DNA of 64,000 nt from Conger conger (lineage: Eukaryota): positions 18,822,415-18,886,414 of the forward strand of contig NC_083776.1 in assembly GCF_963514075.1 (NCBI RefSeq). Reading direction: 5' to 3'. The notes beneath the pieces were generated by a model, which was not told the origin of the DNA, did not search any database, and saw only the letters and a list, made by a program, of their open reading frames with translations. The position numbers and the translations under genes were made by a program. Below, in pieces: positions 1 to 13,162 of the stretch. How positions within the stretch are numbered: the first letter of the stretch is position 1; every line of letters starts with the position of its first letter.

Positions 1-559
1 GATTGAACCCGATGCTAGCCCACACAAAACACCCCACACTCTGATTGAACCCGATGCTAGCCCACACAAAACACCCCACATGCTGATTGGACCCGACGCT
101 AGCCCACACAATAAGCAGTAATGATAAGCATGCTGAGCATTCAACAGCCACAGCAAAGAAGGGGGGTCATTTCCACCCTTCAGGCTGCCCTGACATGATC
201 TGAATCCCCACACCTCAATACAATTAAAACAGGAACAGCCTCAAAGTGAGCAGTCTCCAAGCAGTGCCCATGAAGTCATTACTGTTCTGACAGGCAGGTT
301 CTCGAATGCTTTGTGACAGCGAGATTAGTGCCCGTGGAAGCAAGGCCGCCCCTGCTCTGATGGGAATATGGGTAATGCCCCTGGATGTCAGGCCCCAGCG
401 GGTCCAAAGCGGCCCTCTGCGGAGCTTTGAATTCCGGCCGGTGGTTTGATTTTCAGTGATTAAGAGCTCCGGACACGAGAACCACAGGTCGCGATCGTGA
501 ATAAGATCCTTCTGCTGTACGGCTGACTGAGGGGAACAAACTGAGAAACACTGAGACTC

Positions 560-900
560 TGAGTGCCTCCACATACACATGCACACACACACTATCACAC
601 TATCACACACACACAGACACACACACACACACTATCACACTATCACACACACACACACACACTATCACACGCACACACAGACACACTATCACACACACAC
701 ACACACACACAGACACACTATCACACACACACACACACAGACACACACAGACACACTATCACACACACACAGACACACACACACACACACACTATCACAC
801 TATCACACGCACACACACACACAGACACACACACACACAGACACACTATCACACACACACACATACTATCACACACACAAACACACACACACACACACAC
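560..900. repeat. Compound CA-rich microsatellite ((CA)n interspersed with CACTATCA).
   Basis: Direct reading. Confidence 0.95.
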
Positions 901-1829
901 ACACAGGTGGGGTCCTTTTCATCTTTTATACTTCAGCTCCTTCCTTCGTGCTGCTAAGATGAAGGCATTTTAACCTTCCATTTACCATTTAACCTCCCCT
1001 CTAAAGCACCCCATCTCATAGAGTTAACATAAAATAGCAGCTCTTACTTCATGTAAATACCTCCTATTGACTCACATAGAAATCCAACACATTCATTTTC
1101 ATCCAGGCAGTGGATAAATAGCCAAACAGTATGTATAACAAAATTTTGGTAATTCGTAGTGTTTCATAGCTGCGGAGAAGATAAGTAAATATATTTTTGA
1201 TTTCGACCCAGAAGATTCTCACAGCAGTTAGAATAGGTAAACAGTTAAAAAGTGGATTTAATGTTATGCACTGGGTATCTGCATGTACACCATTGCATTA
1301 ACTTGGTACGATTCATTGACAAAAATAGTTTCTTAGCTTGAAGAATGGTGTCTTCCCGTTGTTGTTTTTTTTCAAACGTCAACCATTCTGAGTGTTTAAA
1401 AAACACCCATGGTTGGCATTTTTTTGGCCCATAAAAAGTGAACTGCAGAACAACTATAAATCTGCCTTTCCATAACATCTAATGTATACTCAATCAATTT
1501 ACATTTCAGTAAACATTAGGTACAGTATATTGAGTAAACACTATGATATTTGTGACCAGCTGTGGTCCATATAAGGAGAGTGCAGGGTTAATAGTGTGGT
1601 CTGTTTGGTGAAAAATTTATAGGGCAGACTAAGTGACTGGAAAAGTTAAAATGGCCACTGCTCATTTAGTTGTTCTCGCTGTCTGCGTGGCCAGAGGGCA
1701 GCTTTTAACAGCTGTCCATCAATAGTGTCTGACTGGGCTGATTCCCCATTCCTTCAGTCAGCCCAGGTCCGGCTAAAAGGCTAATGTGCAATGCTGGCTA
1801 TCCAATAGATGTGATGTAGGCCATGTGTG

Positions 1830-1876
1830 TGTGCGTGTGTGTGCATGCATTGTGTGCATGCGTGTGTGCGCATGTA

Positions 1877-1911
<35 letters not shown>

Positions 1912-2024
1912 AGGGCTTTGGCCATGTGAAAGAGGCTGAGGATGTGAACACACTGTGTGAGTGTGTGTGTGTGTGTGTGTGCGTGTGTGTGCATGCATTG
2001 TGTGCATGCGTGTGTGCGCATGTA

Positions 2025-2057
<33 letters not shown>

Positions 2058-2099
2058 AGGGCTTTGGCCATGTGAAAGAGGCTGAGGATGTGAACACAC

Positions 2100-2145
<46 letters not shown>

Positions 2146-2260
2146 TGCATTGTGTGCATGCGTGTGTGCGCATGTATTCGTGTGTGTGTGTGTGTGTGTG
2201 TGTGTGTCCAGGGCTTTGGCCATGTGAAAGAGGCTGAGGATGTGAACACACTGTGTGTGG
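1830..2260. repeat. About 145-bp tandem repeat, 3 copies ((GT)n-ccagggctttggccatgtgaaagaggctgaggatgtgaacaca-(GT)n...).
   Basis: Three near-identical units begin at about 1870, 2010 and 2160. Confidence 0.9.
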
Positions 2261-2870
2261 CAGAAGCAGCACAAAGGGACTGTAAGCTGCTGGGAATCTT
2301 GGGGCCGGGTGACTGAGATCAGTTATGGCTTGATTAAATATGCTACTCATGGTGTTTTAGGGGCCATGGACCTGGTGAAAAGACTGGAGGATGGGAGGGA
2401 GGTGAGCTGCATCATGGGTAGTAGGTGGCGTTGCCCTCGGGAACCCTCATTCCACATGACCGCCCACAGTACACACACTGAGCCGTCTGCCCCCATGTCT
2501 TCTCTCTGTCTGTCGGCAGTCAGGCCCATAACACCAACTGACACTTACATTCACACATGGATACACACACACACTCACACACACAAATACACACAGATAC
2601 ACACACACACATGCACACACACAAATACACACAAATATACACACACACGCGTACACACACAAACATGCTTGCAAACACACACATGCACTCACGTACATAC
2701 ACATGCACACACACATATGCACACACCCATGCAGGCAAGCACACACACATATACCACACGTACACACGCACATGCACATACACACACACACACACAGACA
2801 CATACACACACATACGCATGCAACATACTTATAAAGATTAACTAAATTAATTGTATATGAATAAATCATA

Positions 2871-3240
2871 GGGCGGCACGGATGGTGCAGTGGGTAGCAC
2901 TGCCGCCTCACAGCAAGGAGGTCCTGGGTTCGAATCCCCGTCAGCCGGGGCCTCTCTGTGTGGAGTTTGCATGTTCTCCCCGTGTTTGCGTGGGTTTCCT
3001 CCAGGTACTCCGGTTTCCTCCCACAGTCCAAAGACATGCAGGTTAGGCTGATTGGAGAGTCTAAATTGCCCGTAGGTATGAGTGTGTGAGTGAACGGTGT
3101 GTGTGCCCTGTGATGGACTGGCGACCTGTCCAGGGTGTATTCCTGCCTTTCGCCCAATGCATGCTGGGATAGGCTCCAGCCCCCCTGCGACCCTGTTCAG
3201 GATAAGCGGGTTAGGATAATGAATGAATGAATGAATGAAT
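2871..3240 (+). mobile_element. tRNA-derived SINE (family A). It has a conserved teleost core and the 3' tail '...caggataagcgggttaggataatgaatgaatg'.
   Basis: A tRNA-like head with A/B boxes ('gggcggcacggatggtgcagtgggtagcactgccgcctcacagcaagg...ggttcgaatcccc'), then the core 'gtttgcatgttctccccgtg...ggtttcctcccacagtccaaagacatgc'. A second near-identical copy is at 24761-25098. Confidence 0.85.
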
Positions 3241-3339
3241 ACATGTAGAGAGCTTTATTTCAATACTCAAACATTTGGAAAATATTATAGTTTAATAATA
3301 AAGTAGTGGAATCAACCACAATAACACCCTTCACAAATG

Positions 3340-4180
3340 ATACATGTACTGAATTTCCCCAAAGAAATGTGTCACAAATTCATATCCCTCTTACTCACTT
3401 TGTGCATCCTCCCTACCATGCAAACACAGGTCCTAGGTTTGGAGAACACATTGGGGGTCATCTTTGACCATACAGTGTCTTTCAAGATCCTTCAGATTTG
3501 GTCTGTGCTTGTGGACCACTCTTTTTGCCTCAAACCACGCGTTTCTGATTGGTTTCAAGTCTGGAGACTGATATTGCTATTTCAAAACAGCCATTTTGTG
3601 GTCAGCAAATCATTTATAGTTAATCGCAAGCTATGTTTGGGATCATTGTCTTACTGAAAGACCCATTTGTGGTCAGGTTTTGGGGTATAGAAAAGGGTTT
3701 TGGCCCAAAATGTTTATTCCTTGTTAGAGTTCCTCATTCCATCAATCTTTACAAGAGCCCCAATAGACACAAAGCCAACCCATAACATCAAAGATCCACT
3801 ACCGTATTTCACCATAGGTATGACATCGTCTTCAACATTAGCGTCCTTCTTCTGATGCCAAACCCACAGCTGGCGTTCATGTCCTAACAGCTCAATTTTG
3901 GTCTCATCTGAACATAACATCCAAGTTCCAATGCTATTTAGCAAACTCCACAAGCTTATTTTCGCTGATTGTCCTTAAGAGGGTTTTTCCTGGCAACCCT
4001 TTCTGAAAAGCCCTTTGGCTGGGAGACATCTGATGGTAGTTTCAAAGACTGTCCAAGTCTTTCTGATCTCCAGCTCTGGTCCTTACATTTTTCTTTGCTT
4101 CCCAAAGAATCTGCGTTCACAGTGCGTGGGGGAAAAATGTACCTGCACCCTCTACTAGGCCTGGTTTACCACTAAATACA
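3340..4180 (-). mobile_element. Tc1-like transposase remnant.
   Basis: The minus ORF 3714-3953, 'WMLCSDETKIELLGHERQLWVWHQKKDANVEDDVIPMVKYGSGSLMLWVGFVSIGALVKIDGMRNS', is the conserved Tc1 transposase C-terminal region. Confidence 0.7.
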
Positions 4181-4184
4181 CACA

Positions 4185-4215
<31 letters not shown>

Positions 4216-5654
4216 GCATGTGATGTAAAGTATCTAATTGTGTGTTACTTTCTACAGCATGGTATAAAAAGTGACAAACTGATTCTTTCTGAAACTTATC
4301 TGGCTGACACATAAAACTGAAGTTTTTGTAGGATGGAATCCAAAATTATTAGAATTTTTCAAAAATGAATTCAATATGAATATTCTGAATTCAATATGAA
4401 TATCGCTCTGATATGAGAACATGGGTCTGACAGCTTGGACTCACAATGGCTGTTTTCCTCTCTGCTGTCTTTCAGCTCCACACAGATCTCACCCAGCAGA
4501 CCTCTCAAAAGCCTCCTTCATTCACTGAAACCCCCAATCAAATGAAAGAACCCGCATTATGGTTAAACCGAGGTCCAGGCAACTGAACATCGGGCTGGTC
4601 TGCACCAATAGTCGGCAGCTATTTGGAATGACATCACCCAGTCCTGCAAATGTGTCATTCCAGCAGTCTTAGACCACTAATTGGAAACAGCATCTGAACC
4701 AGCGAGTAAAAACACGATGAAGCCCACTATCTTGGCTGGGTGTGGAGTTGAGTTTCAGAGCTTGGCACAAATCCCTGTATGCAGAGACAGAAAATGGGGA
4801 GTGGACCAGAGGAGAGATATTTTTAAGCTGTTTAGAAAGGGACACACACAGCTCCGCAGAGGAGAATGCAACGTTGGACTAACCCACTGAACATGGGCTC
4901 CAGAGAGACCAGCTCTGAACACTAAGCGGCAGCCATTACGGCTCAGATACGAGCAGGTAGTATGGCACCAGGGCCGCTTCATGACCCTGTTCCAGAGTTC
5001 AGACCCCCTTTCACAGACGGGCTGCTAAAAGACACAGAGGGCAGAAGACATTACACTTTTGTTGCTCATGTAACCAAGCCCTAAGTTAGAACTCAAGGCT
5101 AATGCTGGTAGAATGGGAGAAATGACCGGAAGGCTTTACTATGGTCCATTCCACATGGGCTGAGGGAGACCCAACAGGGAGAATGTGCTACATCATAATC
5201 ATTAATAGTTTGTAGATTTGATTAAAAACATTTTTTTTTAAGTCAAATATTATTATTTTAAATAAGAAATGGCCATTTATTTAAGTGCCTGTCAACTGTA
5301 TTGTATTGTTACCAGGCCACTGTCACACTGGTGGATGTGAAAATGACACAAAGAGATGGCATTAAATCCATCCATCGTGTTTTATTCTTGTTGTTCATAT
5401 GGATGGAATAAACCTGAGATCATATGAGCAGGAGATGGGAAGAAACAGACAGAGGCAGAAGAAAGTAGCATGGTCCAATAAAATAAATAAAATAAAAGGA
5501 GGAAAAAAAAGTCTGTCTACAGGCAGGCATTCCCAATCATATTAAGGCTGGTGCTATTACCACTGTTTCCCATGTCAAAACATCCACATCATCGCTGATT
5601 TAATTAGTTATTTTCACTGCTGCACACACACGCACGCACACACACACACACATA

Positions 5655-5688
<34 letters not shown>

Positions 5689-5869
5689 TACACGCACACA
5701 GCTGAATCTCAGGTCTTGCGGACCTTGAACGAGTCCGTTAAGTGAGCGCAGGTACGCAGATAACACAAGTGAAACTGACATGTTCAAATATAGCAGGGAA
5801 AAACCTCCAACCCTATATCCTGTGAATGTATGCGTCTGACAACATCATTTCATTTAGCCAGGAATTCAC

Positions 5870-6340
5870 TTTGTAGTCAAGAAGCCTTGGGTGTGTTCAT
5901 ACTGTACACTCACTCTGAGAAGCCTTGTGTGTTTTCATACTGTACAATCACTCTGAGAAGCCTTGTGTGTGTTCATACTGTACAATCACTCTGAGAAGCC
6001 TTGTGTGTGTTCATACTGTACAATCACTCTGAGAAGCCTTGTATGTGTTTATACTGTACAATCACTCTGTGAAGCCTTGTGTATGTTCATACTGTACAAT
6101 CACTCTGTGAAGCCTTGTGTATGTTCATACTGTACAATCACTCTGTGAAGCCTTGTGTATGTTCATACTGTACAATCACTCTGTGAAGCCTTGGGTGTGT
6201 TCATACTGTACAATCACTCTGTGAAGCCTTGGGTGTGTTCATACTGTACAATCACTCTGTGAAGCCTTGTGTATGTTCATACTGTACAATCACTCTGTGA
6301 AGCCTCGGACTCCGCTCATACTGTACATTCACTCTGAGAA
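5870..6340. repeat. About 38-bp minisatellite, 12 copies (ctgagaagccttgtgtgtgttcatactgtacaatcact).
   Basis: Direct reading. Confidence 0.9.
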
Positions 6341-7559
6341 TCTGCTTTGGTTTCAGAGCTAAGTGATTATTGGAATTATTATTTTTTTTTTAGGGGTACT
6401 AAACGGTTTTGCACATACTATATGTCATCACCTACCTACATCTGTACAAAGATGGCGGCCATGGTTCTCCTGGCCTCGGTTGCCCATGAAATCCGGCTTT
6501 GTCTTGGTTCTGCCAGCACTAATGCTGCAGTACAGTATGCTCTCTCTGTCCTGCAGTAATTATTAGAGAGGACAGTTATATGACAGCCTGCAAAATTACG
6601 CATCCAAACCTACAATTTATTATTAATGTCTTATACAGAGGTTTACTCTGCTTCTGAAATGAAATTCCGTTAGTTATGAGGAAGACACAGTGCTAGATGC
6701 GTCTATAGACTTCATATGCAAGCTGCTGTTTCAGTACACAGTTAGTAATTAATAAATAACAGACTCCAGCTGTACAGAAGTACTAATGGGCAATGTCAAA
6801 TTCATGTATGATATTAGCATGCTTCTGCATGAGAACACATGGCGGGCTATTTAGGAAGTTATTTTTGTTTATTAACACTTGGCTTGCTTTAACCTTGAGG
6901 TGGTATACCAGTGACTCACAGGAGGCTGAAATGACTTTATAAAGAGTACTATCAAACATGAAGCCTGCTTCTTCTCTCTGATTGACTGACTATACAAATG
7001 GAACAAAGCAGGTCAGTGTGGGTCCATAGCATGATACTAATATCAGTCCCATACTTTAGGTCAGTGGTATCCAATCCTGGTCTTGTAGAGCCACCAGAGG
7101 CTTTTGTTGCTACTCTGCACTTAATTAATCAATGAGAGCAGTTTATAATTATATACGTGGTTACCTGGGTCTCAACAGGGTGCTGATTTTAAGGTGAAAA
7201 GCATAAATAGCATAAATGTTCTCCAAGTTTTTCACGCAAAAGGTCACACTGCTTTTTCTTTCCCACTGAGCTGTGTTTCCTAACTCATTCTTCACACACT
7301 CAGACAAACGTTATTCATTACACAAAAGGTATTCTTTCTTTGCCCCGCGCAATATGAAAGCATGCCTGCCAGAGGAAATGTATTGGTCACAGCCATACAG
7401 TGAGTCAAATGTACTCTGACAGTTATGTAGATAGGTGGAGAAAACACTGCTAAAATATGTCTACCTCAAATTCTCCCCAGGGCCAGCTCCTGCCAGACAC
7501 ATTCCTGCCACACCGGTTTAGAAGTGTACTTAGGGATACTGACTCTGAAGAGCAGCAGT

Positions 7560-8280
7560 CTTCACACCAACCTCACACACACAGTGATGTATTACATACC
7601 CTCACGTCTGCTCCAAGCCCCCACCTCCACCTCCACCTCCCCACACACACACACATGCATGTACGCATGCACACACTCTCACACACACAACACACACGTA
7701 CACACACACACATGCATGCACGCACACAAACGCACGTACGCACAAACACATACACACATGCACATATGCGCACACACACACAACACACACATGTACTCAC
7801 ACACATGCATGCACGCACACACACACACCACACACACACACACATACACACGCCCACATACACACATGCACGTAAGCACGCATACACACACCGGTACACA
7901 CACACACACAAACCACACACAGACGGGCACACACGCACACACACACGCATGCACGCATACACAGACAAGCATGCATGCACGCACACACACACACCACACA
8001 TACACACACACAGGTACATATGCACGCACACACACACACACGTACACACACACCACACACACACACATGCATGCACGCACACACGCACATATTCACACAC
8101 ACACACACCACACATATACATACACACACATATACGTACGCCCACATACACACACGCACGTACGCACACACACACCAGTACATACACACACACAAACCAC
8201 ACACAGAAGTACACACGCACACACACACGCATGCACGCATGCACACACACCACACCACAGTGTGTGTGTGCGCATGATGT
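7560..8280. repeat. About 720 bp impure CA / CACGCA / CATGCA microsatellite tract.
   Basis: Direct reading. The 'ORFs' here are His/Thr or Cys/Val artefacts. Confidence 0.95.
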
Positions 8281-8538
8281 ATGTATGTATTGCCACCACA
8301 AAATAAAAGGAAAAAAACTGAAAATAATTTATCATTAAGCAAGGGCCTTGTAAAAGTCCTGTAAAAATAAGCCAATGAAAGCAATAAAAAATAAATATAT
8401 TGTCAGGATGATTTTCTGTGCATGCCTTTTAATTAAAACAACATTGTGTGAGGATGGGGGTTTTGGAACACAGTATGTACAATTACATACATACACTGGA
8501 ATTCCATGTTTCAAAAGCTCTCAAGATGAATAAATGCA

Positions 8539-8693
<155 letters not shown>

Positions 8694-9896
8694 ATGTGTG
8701 TGCATAATATGTGTACATATGCGCACATGTTCGTTGACTCACTAACGCTAGACTGACTGAATTTACCAGTTCACTCTCTGAAGCTAAAAATCTACTGTTC
8801 AGATAAAGATAAAAAACATCAGTATATAAAATTGGCTCCATCTATATTACAGTATCTCTGTAAAATTGTGTTGTAAATTATTTATTTGGCAATCCACTTT
8901 AAGACATTATTATAAATCTCACAAAGTGGATTAAATGTGTTGAAACAGTACAGTAATAAAAGAGAGTAGCAGTAATTATCAGTGCACATGTGCAGTATCT
9001 GTGTATACAGGCGCTGCTCAACACACTGTCTTACAAGATAATGTTTCTTTGAAATCATTGTTTCGGAAACAAATTCAAATGAGGGGAGCTATGACAAGGC
9101 CCCTCAGAACACAGAGAGTATTAATAATAATGAAATAAATACTCACATTAAATATTAATATCAATAAATTAGGACCCAGCTGTTAATTGCAGAAGACACT
9201 TAGATCGATCATAATAGAAAATAGCATATTTCAAAAAGAATTTAGAAAACAACTCAAGGCAACACCATCTATGAATATTATTGGAGTAATGCCCAGGATT
9301 AAATCAAAATTGTATGGAATGAATTTGTCTGTGTACTAGCAATTGTTGTTTGAGTTTGTGGCTTATAATGCAATGGTATCTCACAAAGTGCTATTATTCA
9401 ATCTTGCTAGAAGATACGTCATGCATTTAAGGTCTAGCAATGACAGAATTTTGGAGAAATCATTTATAAGATCTCTTTAGCAGCTAAACTGTGACATGGC
9501 TTAAAGAAAGTCGATGTGTCAATACCAAAAATGAAAGCATAGATATTTGTGACAAAACTGAACTAAATGTCATTTTGCTGCCACCTAGTGGACATGTATG
9601 ATATTTCACAGCCGGAAACAGCATTAGTTCTGATACTGAAGATATAGTAGAATACTGACCGTTGAAAACCCGTGATGTAGCACGTTATTGTGGTCGCAGT
9701 CACCACCACAAAACAAAGGGGGAAAGAGTTAAAATAATGAATCAAGTAATAGCCTTTAGCCTTGTACAATTAAATCAAAACAATAAAGCAATTCAAGCAA
9801 TAAAAAAAAAAATACTGTCTATCCCATTTTCTCAGCATGGCTTTTAATAAAAAAAAAAAAACGTGTGTGGAATGGGTTTTTGTAGCACAGTATGTG

Positions 9897-10290
9897 TACA
9901 CCGATGAGCCAAAACATATGCCTAATATGCTTTTAGTCCTCCACATGCCGCCAAAACAGCTCTGATCTGCCAGCTGCCATCAGTTTGGACCAGGCAGAAT
10001 AGCTTTCATTGCCCTTGTGCATTGATGAGCCTTGGACGCCCAACACCATGTCAGCGGTTTGTGGTTTGTCCCTCCTCGGACAACTGTCAGTCCGTATTCA
10101 CCACTGCTGACCGGGAGCGCCCCGCAAGCCTAGCCATTTCAGAGATCCTGATCGTCTGGCCGTAACCATTTGGCCCTGGTCAAAGTCGCTCAGGTCTTTA
10201 AGCCTGATTTCTCCCACGTCCAACACATCGCCTACGTGAACCAATGGTTATCGTCTGTGAGTGCTCATATGTTTTGGCTCATCGGTGTAT
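9897..10290. mobile_element. Non-autonomous DNA transposon (MITE-like, about 390 bp) with perfect 22-24 bp terminal inverted repeats and a TA flank.
   Basis: '(ta)caccgatgagccaaaacatatg' at 9897-9920 is the exact reverse complement of 'catatgttttggctcatcggtg(ta)' at 10266-10289. TA target duplications are typical of Tc1/mariner. Confidence 0.7.
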
Positions 10291-11274
10291 GCAGAATTAA
10301 TACCCATTTTGATCTGTTTTTTTTTCCTTTACAGTTTTTACACTGAAGGTATTAAAGAATATTAGTAGATATTATTAAAGTGAAGCAAACCATTGACCTT
10401 CAGACACTACTGAAAAATGACACAGCATAGATGTGACCCATACTGTGGGGCTAAGTGACGATTAAGAGGGCACTCATGGTGAGCCCAAACCCCTGATGAC
10501 CCTTCTCCATCCACCCACCTCAACAGTCTACTCCGAGGAATTACATGTGCGGATTTATGTGGCCTGTAGTTGGATGTTTGAGATGAACTGCAGTGGACGT
10601 GAAGGAGCCAGGGGCGAGTTTAACAGGTGTGCAGAGCCGGTCTGTGTCTCGCACCTCCCTGGCGCAGATGCCCCGTGCCCTAATGGACAATCCGCTTACC
10701 CCCCCTTTAAGCCGTTCTGTTCTCTAATCATCTTTCATAGCAGAGCGGACTGTACACCGGATTCCTCTGTCGAACAGGATGTCCCTTCAACCGAGGCTGA
10801 ACACCGAAGAGTGCGCTCCTGGATATTATGTGTCAGAACTAGACTTGCATGGTGGTGCCCCTGCAAGTAAAGCCTGGGGATTTGTGTATGTCAGTCTGAT
10901 CTGATCTCACAGTGGGTTCTGTGATCTACCTCTGCAGGCAGGCCTGTCCAGAACAATATTCGCCGTTTTCTGAGGACCCAAAATGCATCAGAGCACAGCA
11001 ATGTGAACAAGTCGACTGAGAGGACTGTGTGATTTCTTTCAAATAAAATAATTGTTTCACAAACAATTGTCACAACGAGCTTTACAGAAAACCCTGGCCT
11101 AAGCCCCCAAGAGAGCAAGCCTAGGACAACAGTGGCAAGTAAAACTCCCTGGTGAAATTTAGGAAGAAACCTGACAAGGGGGAAGCCCATCCTCTGACTG
11201 GCTCAAGGTGTGGCTTCTCATAAACAGCATGGTCAATCAGCAGATATTCACGCTAATTAAACTAGCCATGGCCA

Positions 11275-11730
11275 GGTAAGAGAGGCGTGATGGCTGCTCT
11301 CTCTGGACATGATGATTGCTCTCCATGGGGTGTAATAGCTGCTCTCTCTGGACATGATGATTGCTCTCCATGGGGTGTGATGGCTGCTCTCCATGGGGTG
11401 TGATAGCTGCTCTCTCTGGACATGATGATTGCTCTCCATGGGGTGTGATGGCTGCTCTCCATGGGGTGTGATAGCTGCTCTCTCTGGACATGATGATTGC
11501 TCTCCATGGGGTGTGATGGCTGCTCTCCATGGGGTGTGATAGCTGCTCTCTCTGGACATGATGATTGCTCTCCATGGGGTGTGATGGCTGCTCTCTCTGG
11601 ACATGATGATTGCTCTCCATGGGGTGTGATAGCTGCTCTCTCTGGACATGATGATTGCTCTCCATGGGGTGTGATGGCTGCTCTCCATGGGGTGTGATAG
11701 CTGCTCTCCATGGGGTGTGATGACTGCTCT
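11275..11730. repeat. About 45-bp minisatellite, 10 copies (gctgctctctctggacatgatgattgctctccatggggtgtgatg).
   Basis: Direct reading. It is followed at 11730-11900 by a module also found at 15270-15330. Confidence 0.9.
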
Positions 11731-12289
11731 CAGTTGGTCTATTGGCTGACAGTGGGGCTATGTGTCCTTGTGTGGGCTGGAAGTATTTAAGTTGAGCAGC
11801 CATGCACTTGTGGGACAGGGGTGCGGAGATCAGCCAAAACCCTGAGAGAAGGTAGAGAGAGACAGGAAGGAAGGGAAGCAGGAAATTTTCTGTGATCTCT
11901 GACATCACATTATGGTAACACTCATTGACGAGTGTCTATGCCGGCAGTTCTATGTGAGTAGAATAATTGCCAGTAGCCTACTGGTCAGGTAAACTGATAT
12001 GTAAGCAACCAAGGCAAAATATTCAAGAAAATGATATATGCATGTTTCATTAAATGGATAGCCTGAATACCATAAAGTCTGGATGATGTGGGTATTCAAT
12101 GCCTTTTTAGCAATAATTCAGCTAAACACCTTTGGATTAATGCAGGTCGACAGTGATCTGTGTGAATGAAACCACATTTCATCCCTACCACTAGATGGTG
12201 CTACTCTGCACGCTAGCCTTCATACTGTACTTCACTGCAAAAAACTAAAAGGCGTGTTTGACTGTAAATAAACAGGAAGACTTGCGCCG

Positions 12290-12367
12290 TATTCTTATTG
12301 CCTTCTCACGGAAGACGTGTTGCAGAACTGCGTTGAGTGCCCAGAACTCCAGATTGCACCGACAGCG
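12290..12367 (+). other. parp4: Putative non-coding 5' exon (5'UTR) of parp4. It ends at a gtaagt donor (GT at 12368-12369). The 5' boundary and TSS are uncertain.
   Basis: A strong donor 'gacagcg|gtaagtat' lies about 670 bp upstream of the ATG exon, whose own acceptor is 'ctgcag|tcATG'. The region is CpG-containing and unique. There is no coding homology here, so the call rests on gene structure. Confidence 0.3.
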
Positions 12368-12977
12368 GTAAGTATAACCTTATTTTCACACAAAGTAGTT
12401 TTGCTATCTAATGTAAAAGCTAAACAATGTTCTTATGACTCAAATCAAACAATGACTTCCATAAAAGGCTTTTGGTCAAGCCAGATAAGGCTATGTTAGG
12501 TCATCCTTTCTTACTTGCGTAGCGACACATTTAGCGAAAGTTACAATACCAGGTATAAAATACCAACCATTGCTGCCCAACGAATAAAGGTCGAGAGAAG
12601 GACCCTAAATAACGTATTGTTGTTTTCACAGCAATGGTGCTCGGGTTTTATCTTTCTAGTTTGCCCAGTCATGAAGAAATCTTCCTAATGCGCACGGTTG
12701 TGCAGTGTCAGGTGACTGGCTCAGATGGGTGGAGCACGTTAGCTTGTCCCTTTCAGTGAAGTTAATCACACAGATGACTTGGTAAATGACACAGCGAACA
12801 TTAACATAGCAGACTATGTAAATCACAGACGAGGATTGCGTTTAGACTAAATTGTTTTCGGTCTGTGAAACTGTCCCTTTATCTACAATAATCATTATTA
12901 TTGAGCAACCACAAACAACCCTTCAGTAAGCAGAGTTTCAACTAGGTTGTATTAAAGTTGACCTACTTTGACCAGTA

Positions 12978-12978
<1 letters not shown>

Positions 12979-13010
<32 letters not shown>
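12979..13010. repeat. (GT)16 microsatellite 25 bp upstream of the acceptor of the parp4 start-codon exon.
   Basis: Direct reading. Confidence 0.95.
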
Positions 13011-13011
<1 letters not shown>

Positions 13012-13034
13012 ACTTGATGTAGCTGAAACTGCAG

Positions 13035-13162
13035 TCATGGTGATCTTTGGGAACTGTTCAGTGGTTCTGGATGTGAAGGGCCTCCCCATCAAAGAAAAGA
13101 AGAAGCTCAAACTGGCAATAACAGACAATGGAGGTAGCATTGCCTACGTGGTCAACAAGCAG
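13035..13162 (+). CDS. parp4: parp4 exon with the start codon (ATG 13037-13039). It encodes the N-terminal BRCT region.
   Basis: Acceptor 'ctgcag|tc', donor 'caagcag|gtatgc'. Translation 'MVIFGNCSVVLDVKGLPIKEKKKLKLAITDNGGSIAYVVNKQ' aligns to the human PARP4 N-terminus ('MVMGIFANCIFCLKVKYLPQQQKKKLQTDIKENGGKFSFSLNPQ'). Confidence 0.8.

Noticed and set aside
2871-2945. tRNA-like sequences at the 5' ends of SINEs (also at 24761, 47964, 58784, 28975, 31218)
   Set aside because: These are SINE heads carrying A/B boxes. They are not tRNA genes: there is no full cloverleaf or anticodon arm, and they continue directly into SINE cores and tails.
4440-4560. Possible isolated exon ('ctgtctttcag|ctccacacagatctcacccagcagacc...') upstream of parp4
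   Set aside because: There is an acceptor-like motif but no convincing ORF, donor or homology. It cannot be supported from sequence alone.
7457-8338. Long ORFs of 293, 260 and 242 aa rich in His/Thr or Cys/Val
   Set aside because: They are translations of the CA/CACGCA microsatellite tract on both strands. They have no codon structure, no splice context and no homology.
11237-11908. Minus-strand 223-aa ORF with repeated 'SHPMESNHHVQREQ' blocks
   Set aside because: It is a translation of the 45-bp minisatellite. The repeats are identical at the nucleotide level and there is no start or splice context.
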